DNA of 64,000 bases from Octopus sinensis (taxonomy: Eukaryota): assembly GCF_006345805.1 (NCBI RefSeq), contig NC_043016.1, forward strand, positions 18,786,001 through 18,850,000, read 5' to 3'. Both the position numbers and the translations under genes were made by a program. This document shows, piece by piece, positions 51,230 through 64,000 of the stretch; position 1 is the stretch's first letter; each line of letters opens with the position of its first letter. Below the pieces are notes generated by a model. That model saw only the letters and a list, made by a program, of their open reading frames with translations. It did not search any database and was not told the origin of the DNA.

Positions 51230-52440
51230 CTAAAATATGTACAACTACTGGATACGTCATAAAAACATGTTAGATTTCATGACATATTTGTCAAAATGAC
51301 TCATGTATATGGAATTTGAAGTTCAAATATGTATCCAAGTCGTTGCTTTTCACCTACATCTCTTATTCTGGACACAGGTATGGTTGTGCAATTAAGATGT
51401 TCGCTTAGTTATTATATTATTTTAAATGTGCTCCTGATGCTTTGCACTTAGGAAGAGTGTTTTCCACTATAATCGCGAGTTGACAAAATCATTATGGTGG
51501 ACAGAAACTATATAGCATAGGGTAGAGGTTGCATTCCAGTTCTATGGCGATTGGTCTCATCTGCCACCTTCTCGAACAACACCATGCGGCTACTGGTTAA
51601 TTTAAGTGGATTGAACTTCGCTGAAAGTATAGGAAACAATTCTCCAAATTGAAGTCAACTTCTTTTCAAGGTCCTCACAGTCAGGAGCAATTTAGAAGTC
51701 GTCACTGGGTGCCAATCTTCAATCATCAGACCGAATCATTGAATATGTGTTCAGCTCCAAGATAATTTGACTTTAAAACATTTTGGAATCTTAAATCTGC
51801 TTATCCAATAAGATTTGTTTACAGTAAAATTATTGTCGAAATACTAGCAAACTTTTAATTGACAGTTTGTATGGCGTTACTAATTAATTATTTCAGGGAC
51901 ATCTCAGGTTCACTGGGCGATCACTTAATTCACATTTCTCTGATGTGTTGTTTAGATCCACCTCAGACTTGATCAAGTATACCTTCAATCAAAAGTATTT
52001 GGATAACGACTATAACATGCTTTAAATGCATGTAGGTCTACGTCTGTTAATGTCTCATTTCCTTTTCTCCAAATCAGTACGTTAGCTAGCACTTATGTCA
52101 GCGTTTATAGCAGGTCGATCGACTACATAGTGATTCCCCTTATTCGTTTTGATGTTCATTCCATGCACGCCACTTCTCTCTTAGAAGCTTAGTAGTAGGC
52201 AATTTCCCTTCAAGATTAATTAAAGATCAGACATTAATTGTTACTTCGTCGACTCTCCATACAACGATGTAGTCCCTCGACCTGCTTCTAGCAGCCGAAA
52301 TTTCATCAAAGAAATCATCATCGCTTTGAAATTAAAAACAAAACGCTGGATAATAACACAGTCGTAGTACGCAATATCTATGGAAAAGTGTGAGCGTTCT
52401 TGAGCCACTTTTGATCATTCCTCCGGTAAGACCTAAAAGC
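51230..52440 (-). mobile_element. Highly decayed non-LTR RT fragment
   Basis: Ordered remnants FRSYR, RSDD, EDLEKKL...KFNPLK resembling RT motifs; many stops. Confidence 0.4.
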
Positions 52441-52777
52441 TAAACAATTATTTTGAATTGGGATATCAAGCCAAATCTATTATATATTTAAATTTAAATG
52501 TCTTTACCCGATATACACTTCAGCATCGTCTACAGTATTTGAACTTACTCCTCTTTTGAGTAGTTATCAAATATATTATAAACACATCTTATATATTTAT
52601 TAGCAAAGGAGTGAGGATTAATAATTTGGAAATACAATTTGGCAGATGGAAATTGTACAGAAACGTATTTCAAAGTCGTTACTAAAAAAGAGAAAAAATT
52701 AAACACCACCAAATTTCGTAAACAAAGATTTGAGAATAATTTAGTTTATACAAATTAGAAGGCCAATGCCAAGTAAT

Positions 52778-53165
52778 ATTGGTTTCAGATTTTGGCACAA
52801 AACCAGCAAATGCAGGGGACGGGGTTAGTTGAATGTTACTTCTTTTATCGACCACAAAAGGAAGGAAGACAAAGCCAACCTTGGCGGAATTTAAAGTTAG
52901 AACTTAAAAACTGACGAAATGCCGCTAAGCATTTTGTCCCGTGCGATATATATTTTGACTGTACGCAGCCAAGTAATACTGAGTTCAAATTTTTGCACCA
53001 GGCCAGTAATTTAGGAGGAGGGGTGAATTGATTACATCGATCACACTGATCAACTGGTACTTCTTTTATCGACACCGAAAGAATGAAAGGCAAAGTCAAT
53101 GTAGGCGGAATTTGGAGCTGGAGCGTAAAGACGGACGAAATGCCTTTAAGCATTTTGACCGGCAT
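52778..53165 (-). mobile_element. Tandem pair of SINE family B copies
   Basis: Two head-to-tail copies, 52778-52960 and 52978-53165. Confidence 0.85.
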
Positions 53166-53629
53166 GTGTGTCGATCGATAAAAATAAAGAGTAGAACTGT
53201 TGTTGTGTAGCCTTAACAGTACTAAACCAAAATATATCTGAACACTGCCGAACATTGTAGTCCTGTTTCAGAGTTTCTGCGACTCGAACTGAAAACTGGG
53301 GAAAAAAAATCTACTCCAAGCAAAGAAAAACAGTAAAAGCTTAAGTCTATAGTTCATCTATTGATTTATTGATCTATAAAAGCCGATCCAAAGGGAAAAA
53401 GAACGAATAAACGATTTGGATGATTGAATAAATAAATAAAATATTGAACAGACACTTGTAAATGTTATCAATAGCCACAGTTACAATCGATATCCGTTTG
53501 TTATATTTTTATCTCGGTGATGTAAAAATATTTCTTTGTGTAATTTAGTATAAATAAAATGCAACTACATACATCCACACACGCATACACATTTCCCCCG
53601 CCAACATATATATAGTATATACATCTGTG

Positions 53630-53705
<76 letters not shown>

Positions 53706-53720
53706 TATACATATATACAG

Positions 53721-53825
<105 letters not shown>

Positions 53826-54019
53826 TTGTACGTAAAAGAAAACAAAAAATATTTAACTCACTTCAGCTAAACATCTGAATCAAAAATGAACGTCAACAAT
53901 TTACCATTATAAAGGTTTCTTTTTTAAATTTCAGTCTGATTAATTCAATATTTTATCATTGTATGTACGTTTACGTAGTAGTATATGTGTATGCATGTTT
54001 GTATGTGCGTAACTATCAT

Positions 54020-54460
54020 TATTAATTAGGATATAACCCATTACCTTTCTAGACATTCTGCTGAATAAGATGCGGTTGATATTCATTTAAGGTTTCTGTA
54101 ACGTAGTCGGGGAAATTAATCGCCGGTGAGGACACACTCATTGGATAATGATGCTGCAAATGCACTATTTTAAGGAAGAAAACGGGATGATGAAGCTGGT
54201 GTATGTTCTTGCTTGGGTCTAATCTGGGGCTGAACAATATTTTGAAACGATAGGCTAATAGAAATCGAGATAAAGTATAGAGTACAATGTAGCTCAGAGA
54301 GAAGACTAGGAGCGATCTGATAGAAACGAAAAATGTGTCTGTTAGAGTTCATAAGTGGTCAGTATTTTGGATGAGAGATAACTTACATACCATGGAATAT
54401 AAAATGGTATCTTTCATGGCAGTCATTTTCAGGTACTTAATAGTAGTTGGTGTGATAGAA
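54020..54460 (-). mobile_element. CR1/L2-like APE endonuclease fragment
   Basis: ECVLTGD(F)NFPD and IFR..DR-like motifs with frameshifts. Confidence 0.5.
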
Positions 54461-54959
54461 TATCTCAGATGTTGACACTAGAGATCAGCTAATTGTTTGC
54501 AGGTAGTATAGCATGGTTACAACATATTGACTTGGTTGTTTGGAAATTGTAGCCTTTGGTTGTGTAAGATATATGCGTTGGTGGTTACCGGATAGTTGTT
54601 GCCATCAACATGCATCTAACGGATTACCCAGAAGCATTTGCTTCCAAGTGTAGTCGTCATACAGTTAGCGAGGATTTAACAAGTTAACTAACATTAAGTA
54701 CCAGATGATTCAGAATAGAGTAAAGTTACGAAAGGGGTCAGCATATTTGGAGAACCTGTGTATTGATCAAGGGAAGACATTAACTGGTGCAGACAGTTCA
54801 GTGTAACAAACTATTCACTCTCTGAATCAGTGATGTCTGAAAGTACCAAAAATGTTGTGTACAATGATGTCACCAACAAGGGTGACTTTAGAGTGTGATA
54901 CATATATATATATAAAGAAATGTAAATGCTTCTAGACATCATCGGTGGTTATTCCAGCT

Positions 54960-56600
54960 TTTTGATCAACAGAACTACTTCCTCATTGTATTAAAATATA
55001 AATGAATGATTTTCCACAGGAGCTTCTAACTGAGACGTAATAAACAGGCAAAATCAACACCAAAGTGTATTACAAAACTGGTTCTTTGAATTAGACGTAG
55101 AGTCCATCTGATTGCTTTCTTCGAAATTTTACCGTTCGAAATAACAAATTTCCTAATTTCTTCCATTGAGTTGTGGTGCACAAACCTTGATCCAAGGTTT
55201 ATAAGACGTGCTGCTACTAGCTTGGACGGACTCTTATTTAAAAATATTTTGGCTCCTGTTCAAAAGTTCCAAACTCTGTTCCATATCTTTCCTGAGTATA
55301 TCAACAGCTATAATATCGTCATAGCAGGGTCAGGGAGTTTGCCCCTCAACACGTAAACATAAATACGCATTTAACCTTGACATTGCTATAATTTTCCAAT
55401 TGTTTTCCAAACTGTTATATATTAACTGCTGCATAATTTCTTGAAATACAATAAACTTCTTCGACCTTACGCCTTCCGATATGCACCAACTTCGGAGCAC
55501 TAATTCCATTTTGGTAAGAGCGCCTACAAATAAACTTCTTGACCTACCTATAGGGGTCAAGATTGTTGGGTTTACTAGTCATCACGTACATGGACGAACT
55601 TGAACGCAGAGCACTTACTATATTCCAGGCTTATCATTCCTCTTCTCGATGTACCGATGATTACTCATGTTTACTTCTTGCAAGATGCATATAAGATAAC
55701 TAACTCATTTACTGGAGAACCGTCTCGAGTTCAAAATAGAAAAAGAAAATTCCAATGATACTGGGTCTCACTCACCCACTCTCATTCTCTCTTTGGCTCT
55801 CATTCTCTCTCTCTCTCCCTCTCTCTCTCTCTCACCCTCTCTCCCAGACACTCTCACTTTTTTCCGCCCTCTCTCTCTTTCTCTCTCAGGAGATGGATTT
55901 ATTAAGACCAAATCCCTCTGGAAAGTAGCCAACCAGAATCAGTTCCTACACTACAGAGAAACTGTGGCGACCTGTGCCAAAGAAGACTAATTACAGAATG
56001 AAATCTCACCTATAAATTACAGATGAAGTAAAGCAGTGGATGACATAACCGCCAACACCAAGCACTTCTAAATAGTGGTAATTGATAATGGCTATCCAGA
56101 ATCCTAGGAGGTTCACATCTTCAGTAACAAGTGACTGTTGTCACAGTCCTTGAAGTTCGCAGAATGATCTGTAGAGAGGTATTGAATATACTGCTAGCAC
56201 ACTCTAAGCTTTCTATGAAACGATACCTGTCTAGAAATGGCTTATGCAAGGCATTAATGTATGTATGCACACTAGCTAACTGCTTAATCAATAATGCAGA
56301 TATGTGTTTATGGGTTGACATGAACTGCGGTATATCATGCAATTTATGTGACAAAATTAACGTCGCAAGCACATTTTTACAAAATGCACATTTATTATTA
56401 AAGACCACATTCTTCGGTTAAAATATTTGCCACAATCAGTATGTAATGGTTCCCACCAAAGATACAGAAAAGAATATTGAAAATTTGAAGATTAAGGACG
56501 ATTAATAATTTTTAAAATGTCCTTTTCCATCAGTAACAGACATGATGGTGTGCAGCGCTAATAAGTTACTAAAACACCACCAGTCACATATGTCGTACAG
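54960..56600 (+). mobile_element. Decayed Penelope-like element (RT to GIY-YIG), split by a (CT)n tract
   Basis: YMDELERRAL...RCTDD, NQNQFLHYR, IDNGYPES and CNLCDK in correct order. Confidence 0.65.
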
Positions 56601-56878
56601 ATCAAAACGATGCTCATAATTGTTATCTTCTTAAATGTGTTTAAGAGTCGAAATACGGAATTGCATTGTAAAAGTTTAAAACTTTGTTTCTATTTCACTA
56701 TTCTTTCCCGCCTGTATTTCCAACAAGCATTATAACGGCTTTTTTTAATACACATTTTAACAATACACACATACCCAAAGACACATAGACATGTATATAT
56801 ATATAACCATATGTAGGGGGCAATAAATATGTGCAGAAAGCTGTTTGCCTATTTTGCAAAAATCTTATTGCAAGAGGC

Positions 56879-56910
<32 letters not shown>

Positions 56911-56994
56911 GTCATGGGCGTGTATCAAAAAGAAAGACAGTAGTAAAAGAGAGCAAATAAGATTTTGGGAAAGTCGGGCATTATTAGAATCTAC

Positions 56995-57569
<575 letters not shown>

Positions 57570-57570
<1 letters not shown>

Positions 57571-58620
57571 TGGTATAAAAGATGGGCTACAGCAAATATT
57601 CTGCTCAATACCACAGATTTGCTCGTCAGTTGTTTGACCTTAACCAGTTGAGCCTGTCCCTTAGTGGCTGACGATATGTGCATCTCTGATCACGAGCAGA
57701 AGTAGTGGGGGAGCATCATAGCCATGTGTTGAGAGGGATTCTTTGGTGTTTGAATAATTCACCTCTGGAAACATGGGTGGTTCTTTCAACATCCTTAAAC
57801 AACCCTTATTCAGGGACCTTTTGAGCGGGATGGGCTACTCAACCTGAAGAAAATTCTAACTGGGCCCCACCTGCAAGGTCATGAGCTGTTTATCTTGATA
57901 TGAGATCACCATGTCGCGCACATATGGTTGTGATGCATGTGCCTGGTGTACCTTTATCAGACGGGTAGTCATGATGGGTATACTGGGCTTCGTATATTTT
58001 ACCCCAGTGTCACTTTGATGGCATGCACTGCTCTCTCACTCAATAATAATAATAATAATAATAAATGCACTGATGCAGTACCAGGCAGTGGCTCTCATGG
58101 CTTCTGATCTTAACTGATTGGAAGTGTCATCATGTACATTGTTTTGTCTTGGTATAAAAGATGGGCTACAGCAAATATTCTGCTCAATACCACAGATTTG
58201 CTTGTCAGTTGCTTGACCTTAACCAGTTGAGCATGTCCCTTAGTGGCTGACAATACGTGCATCTCTGATCACGAGCAGAAGTAGTGGGGGAGCATCATAG
58301 CCATGTGTTGAGAGGGATTCTTTGGAGTTTGAATAATTCACCTCTGGAAACATGGGTGTTTCGTTCAACATCCTAAAGCAACCCTTATTCAGGGACCGTT
58401 TGAGCAGGATGGGCTACTCGACCTGAAGAAAATTCTAACTGGGCCCCACCTGCAAGGTCATGTGCTGTTTATCTTTTTATGAGATCACCATGTCGCGCAC
58501 ATATGGTTGTGATGCATGTGCCTGGTGTACCCTTATCAGACGGGTAGTCATGATGGGTATGCTGGGCTTCGTATATTTTACCCCAGTGTCACTTTGATGG
58601 CATGCACTGCTCTCTCACTC
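57570..58620 (+). mobile_element. Two tandem family E copies (57570-58041, 5'-truncated; 58065-58620) separated and flanked by (AAT)n
   Basis: Direct repeats of high identity, each followed by (AAT)n. Confidence 0.9.
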
Positions 58621-58672
58621 ATAATAATAATAATGATGATGATAATAATAATATAATAATAATAATAATAAT

Positions 58673-58704
<32 letters not shown>

Positions 58705-58757
58705 TATAATAATAATAATAATAATAAGCAGAAGAAGAAGAAGAAGAAGAATAGCTT

Positions 58758-59162
58758 CCAATTTTGGCACAATGCCAGCAATTTCGGAGCTGGGTGTAAG
58801 GTGATTACATCGATCTCAGTGCGCAAGTAGTTGTTATGTTATCGACCTCGAAAGGATAACATCCAAAGTCAATCTTGGCGGTATTTGAAATCAAGAACGT
58901 AAAGACAAAAAATGCTGCTAAGCATTAAGCCCAGCTTGCTAACGAATTTGCAAAGTCACTGCCTTGAAAGTAATGGTTTCGAGATTTTGGGGGACCCGGT
59001 GAGTTCATAATATTCATCCCGATGTTTAACTGGTACTTATTTTATCGACCCCAAAAGAATGCAAGTCGACCGCGGAGGAATTTGAATTCAGAACGTACAG
59101 ACGGACGGAATTCGGCTAAGCATTTGGTCCGTCTTGCTAACGATTCGGCCCTCTCGCCGCCT
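58758..59162 (-). mobile_element. Tandem pair of SINE family B copies
   Basis: 58758-58965 and 58975-59162. Confidence 0.8.
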
Positions 59163-60797
59163 TCGCTGCCTTGATGTTAATAGTAATATATCAACAACAC
59201 AAAGCTCAACGATGAAACTAACAAGATAATGGGCAACAATAAATAACTTATTAAGATAATATCAACTCGTTTGTATACTTTCACTGCAAGAAAACACCAC
59301 AAATGCTTCTTCCTCCTTAATGCCATGTCTTCCATGTTTTACTCACATATTGTTTACTATGTTAACGTTTTAGGAAACAACAACAAAAATAATCTCATAG
59401 TATTCCTATACCTGATTAATTGTTGGTCGAAAAGAACTCAAATACCATGACAAGTTAAAAATACCAGATATTTAATAAAATAATTTTTTAAATAATTTTT
59501 ATCCTAAAGTATAAATTAATATTCACTTGTCATATAAAAGAACTGAAACTATTTCAAACATTAGTATCACGGTATTTGGTCGTTTTTCTAATTGAGACTT
59601 CGAAATATTCTTTATTATGGATAAGTTATCAAAAGCGACAATATACAATTTCAGCATACAAGAGAATACCTTAAATGCACTGCAAAACCTTCAGCACAAT
59701 AACAAATTATCCAATCCTTTCGATCTCCAACGCTAGGTATGAGCTTTTCGACATAACTACATAAGTCAGCAATGTGCGTGGGAAAGGGTATTCTGGTAGC
59801 ACTGATTGACCTGGGTTGGGTCGAGGGTTCTCTAAGCAAGATATCCAAAATCTGAGAATGTCATCACCACTAGACCTCTCTGGAATGCAGAGTTAATTGA
59901 GTTAATTGAGTTAGCACTCAATATTGATTTTCGCTACACTCAGAGCGGTAGCCTCGCCAAAGAGACGAGATATTGAAAAACGTGCGTGAGAAACGTGACC
60001 AAATCAGCTCATCATCGTCAGGGAACAGATGCAAGGCTTTTAATCTCAGTGCACGACTGCGCTTTTCAATCTCTACACACTAATGATGCAATGTAGAGTG
60101 GGTTGGAAGTAGGCGAAAGGCCAAAGTAGTGGAAAACATAATTTCAACAAAAAGAATAGAAGGTATACACTCCAGTTTGGACAGATGCAAAGTAATATTT
60201 TCCACATAAGTTAGGCGATAACTAATAACGGAAGGCATTTGCCAATTCTCTCCAAACTTTTCTGGGCACCTTACATTACTCCAATTCTGTTAGATTGAGC
60301 AAACTACCAATAATCTAGCTACAATTCTTATTCTCCTGGAGATCAGTCTAAACCAGATCCTAAACAATTTCACCAGATCTTCTTTCCAGCAAAGATCTAG
60401 TGAAGTTGCTTCTAACATAGATACCAATGCTTCACATTGAATTGCAATAATGGATTAATCGAATATAATGACCTCAGTGATTGATACATAATCTATCGAA
60501 GCCAGAAATAGGATAGGTAAAATAGGCATCAGTAGGAGTCGTACTCAAAACTGTCCTATAAAGGAAAAAGAAAAATAACGGCAAGAACATGGGCACAAAT
60601 AAGCAGTACTGGCATTTTTGAAACAATTTAATATCATCCTCACATACACACAACAAAAGCAAAATAACACCTACTATTACAAAATAAAGTATGAAAAAAT
60701 TACGTCACTATAAGTGTATTAGAGAATAAAAGCAACATGTCTAGAAGAGAATCAAAAGGAAAGCTATGGAGGAATAATTTAAATAGCAACAGAAATA

Positions 60798-61010
60798 TTG
60801 GTTTCAAATTCTAGCACAAGGCCAGTAGTTTGGGGGGAGGGTAAGTAGTTTACATCGACTCCAGTGTTCAACTGATACTTATTTTATCGACCGCGAAAAG
60901 ATGAAAAGCAAATTCAACTTCGGCGGAATTTAAACTCGGAACGTAAAAACAGACGAAATGCAGCTAAGCGTTTTGACCGGAATGCTAACGATTCTGCCAG
61001 CTCACCGCCT
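60798..61010 (-). mobile_element. SINE family B
   Basis: Match to family motif. Confidence 0.88.
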
Positions 61011-61964
61011 TAAACAGCAGCAGAAATATTAAAGATACAATGCAAACGAGAGAATTGTGGCAGCAGCAATGCCAGTTGCACAGTTAGCTAAATATGTGCA
61101 TTTCGGTGTTTAGCACACAGCGACTCGATTGATTTAGAAATAAGATTCCTGTCGTTGGAAAGGTTGTTTTCGTTCATCTGTGAACTTTCAGAGAAAATCA
61201 ATATCAACTGCTTATCTGACCTCATCAGAGCTACTACTATGTCGGTTTTATAGCATTTGGAGCTGTATGGCTAGTTGTCATACATGACTTAGTTGCCAAT
61301 GATTCTACTAGCACTAACACTGTACAATCTTTAAACCACATAACTAATTTATGTGCATGCGTGTGTGTATGTGTTTATATGTGCGTGTATTTACATATAT
61401 GTGAGAGTGTACGTGGAGTATGTGTATTATTGGATTTCTTAACTAGGTGATATATTCTCCTAAAATCTCAATGTCTTGGTATGTTAGGATAATTTAGATC
61501 TCATTTATTTTTACCGAAGAAGGTTCTAATGTTTACATTAACCTTTACGTTTGAAGATTGAATATTTATATTTATATTTCAGTCACATCTGCCACTATGT
61601 GACAGATTTTTATTCCCATGATTGGACAATGGATATTCAGTAAATTGGATAAATTCTAACATGCCGCTGTTATTTGTGACACGACCTTTCTTTAAAAGTA
61701 GAGTATTTAGTCCGACGCTGTCTTTATCACTTTTCATCTTTAATGGAATATTCAAGCAAATAAATCAGCCTCTACGTAATCATTTGACCTGATAGAATCA
61801 GTAGCTCCGTCTTCCTCAAACCACACCAAATTATCTTAAGAAAAGGAAACACCAGGAAGTAGGGTGCGTGGCACACTATGCCTGAAGAAAATGTTGCGAC
61901 AGTTACTGAACGCATATGATGATAGTTTAGTTTAAGACGTGAAAATGCTGTTGCTGTTGGTGAA

Positions 61965-61986
61965 GCTGTAGTAGTAGTAGTAGTAA

Positions 61987-62035
<49 letters not shown>

Positions 62036-62087
62036 GGTGGTGGTGGTGGTGGTGGTGGTGGTGGTGGTAGTGGTGGTGGTGGTAGTG

Positions 62088-62139
<52 letters not shown>

Positions 62140-62140
62140 C
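61965..62140. repeat. (GTA)n/(GTG)n microsatellite
   Basis: Direct reading. Confidence 0.95.
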
Positions 62141-63499
62141 AGCAGTAGTCTTTCTTTACAATAACAACAAGAATATGATTTTCAAAATTCAAACCGATTT
62201 AACAAATACTGACACCTATTTTGTTTCTTTTCTGCATGTTATAACAAGTTATAAGAGTTTTTTTTTTATAATTCACCTACAGAACTACACTCTGTAAAAG
62301 GTATGGGCTGCAGAGGAATATATGACTAGAGGATCTGAACACGAGACGGTGCTTCAGCAAGTGATCTGAGGAGTGTTAACAGCAACTAGTACCTTCTAAG
62401 AGTTCGTACTGATATTACCTTACACATCACAGTGCGGAATCAATGTGAAAGAGATCAGCATGCGACCTAACTGACGAAGGGCACGAGGAATCATAAAACT
62501 TAAGTCCGACCTCAGCAGAGTTGGATGGGAATATCAGTGGAATTCCAGGCGTGGATTACATTTGATGGCCTTGAAATTATTCCCACTCTGATTCTTTTTC
62601 AAAGAATGCCGGTATGGCCGAGAGCAGGAAGCTCAAATATTATATGCAATAGGCGCAATCATCTGAAGACATTCTCACTCGCAGCCAAAAAAGAAATTCG
62701 ATATAAGCCAGAAAAGGAAAAGCTATAGAACTGGTCAAGATTACATCTACAACGTTCAAACGAAGTGTATCAGTTCAACAATAGTTAGTAATACGGAAAA
62801 ACAAGAACAATCGTAATCCTAGCATCTTTCAAATCCTCAATTGAGTAATGTAACGAGTGTGACAGAGAAGAGTCCAATAATAGGCAGAAAATCGATAGAT
62901 TGCCAGGCAGGAGATAATTAGTAAGGGACACGCTAGACCCAACAGTTTGGCAGCTACAAGATTGACAAAACACACCCCGACTTCTACTTCCACATATCCA
63001 CATACTCTCAACATGTAGAAATGCGGCAAAACAAATGAACTACACCAATTTCTAACAATAACAAAATCCTAAGAGCAGAGCTTTGAAGAGAACAACAATA
63101 AGGAAATTGATATGATTCACAGCAGAAAAAATACAAAACTATAAAGCTCGACAACAGCAGCAGTATCAGTAACATCCACAACAGCAACATGGATAGCTAA
63201 TCAATAATCTTTCCTCCTTGTTGCACTGTAGCTCGTAAAGATGGAGATCATTAAAAAAATTAGAGATGTTAAGGGGCTATCGCGATTGAAGTTAAACAGA
63301 GGGGAGTGGGGCAGTCGACGCCATCATCAGAATGTCTGAGACACCTCGGAAATCGATGGCTTCCAGGGCAATCTGGTTAATGCCTGTTTCTGTTACTGTC
63401 TTTTACTTCTGACGAATAACAAGAACATGCGTTAATGAGGACAAGTTGATAGCCTTACAACTCGGCGCTTAAACAAGTAAGACTATGCGACACAACAAT

Positions 63500-64000
63500 T
63501 TCTGTCGCTTGTCTAATGTTTATGTATAGTGCCGGGGTTTTGATCCAGTCCCCCAGGTAGAGAAAACAGAATTTTCGTACAAGACAGACACGATCATTTC
63601 TGTGTATATACTCGGATTTGGAAAGGTATGAGCAACAGCAAATGATGTACTCCATCGTCTCATAATAGTGTCTGTAGTTGCTTTCCCTATTTTAACTTTA
63701 TAGCTACTTGCGTCTCGACATGCAACTAAAGCTCTCCTTCAGTTCTATATTTAAGAGATGAGGAATTATGTACACTATTTACATTATTTACATTATTTAC
63801 ATCAGCTGAAACGTTGTGTTAACAACAAACAAGATGAGGACAAATATCTGTCGAATGTAAATAATGTGAAAAATGTAAAGGTCTCCTGTTTCTGATTTCT
63901 ATCCAGAGCATTGTTACCCTCTTCTAAAGCTTACTTCCCTGCTATATCTTGCAAGGTATTGCCTATGCAGAGGTTTTCCCCTTCGTTTTGTCATTTTATA
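63500..64000 (-). mobile_element. R4/Dong fragment interrupted by a family D insertion
   Basis: KPLHRQYL...SETG|...YKVKIGK...ETMEYIICCCSYLSKSEYIHRNDRV (post-RT and zinc knuckle). Confidence 0.65.
63738..63875. mobile_element. Family D inverted tail composite with 11-bp TSD
   Basis: TSD taaagctctcc (63727-63737) / taaaggtctcc (63876-63886); tail(-) joined to cagctgaaacgttgtgtt and tail(+). Confidence 0.82.

Noticed and set aside
55889-56030. Exon after a strong (CT)n-AG acceptor
   Set aside because: All frames stop before a good donor, and the open part matches the Penelope RT continuation (NQNQFLHYR)
56610-56665. UCUUAAA/UUUAAGA hairpin plus GUCGAAA at the 3' end of a PLE
   Set aside because: CUGANGA not recognisable
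58065-58140. HDV-like ribozyme at the 5' end of family E
   Set aside because: Only one hairpin found; no P1/P1.1/P2/P3 nesting or catalytic C could be placed by eye
59640-60660. Possible decayed LINE coding region
   Set aside because: Only scattered weak motif hints on either strand; needs tblastn or HMMER
61165-61232. Minus-strand CUGAUGA ... GAAA spacing
   Set aside because: Stem II does not close, position 16.1 is not U, and there is no stem I
62290-63100. Possible decayed Ty3/gypsy RT (…ILFQRM…HL.DIL…)
   Set aside because: Motifs too degenerate to support by eye; no LTRs seen
63229-63380. Exon after tctttcctccttgttgcactgtag
   Set aside because: Stops in all frames; loosely resembles an RTE 3' end

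Overview
AT-rich, microsatellite-saturated animal genomic DNA, most likely Octopus or a related coleoid cephalopod (inferred from recognisable tRNA-derived SINE families and repeat make-up; not database-confirmed). No intact host protein-coding gene is supportable, and most ORFs in the track are microsatellite artefacts. The window is a transposon graveyard: decayed LINEs (Tx1-, R4/Dong-, Hero-, CR1/L2- and RTE-like), many Penelope-like element (PLE) fragments (RT and GIY-YIG), Tc1/mariner remnants, MITEs, a non-autonomous Helitron, several SINE families and one 100-N gap. The most notable signal, read by eye, is a set of type I hammerhead ribozyme (HHR) motifs with palindromic stem III from at least five unrelated sequence families. 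Two have complete catalytic cores (27146-27204 +, 26221-26292 -), one is G5A-mutated (9707-9783), one is an alternating-orientation triplet (29.1-29.4 kb), and one is split within a tRNA-headed element. That tRNA-headed element integrates as inverted composites flanked by 11-12 bp target-site duplications (20.3-21.1 kb, 63.7-63.9 kb). Together these suggest a PLE-dependent, ribozyme-bearing non-autonomous retroelement system. Most element boundaries are approximate.
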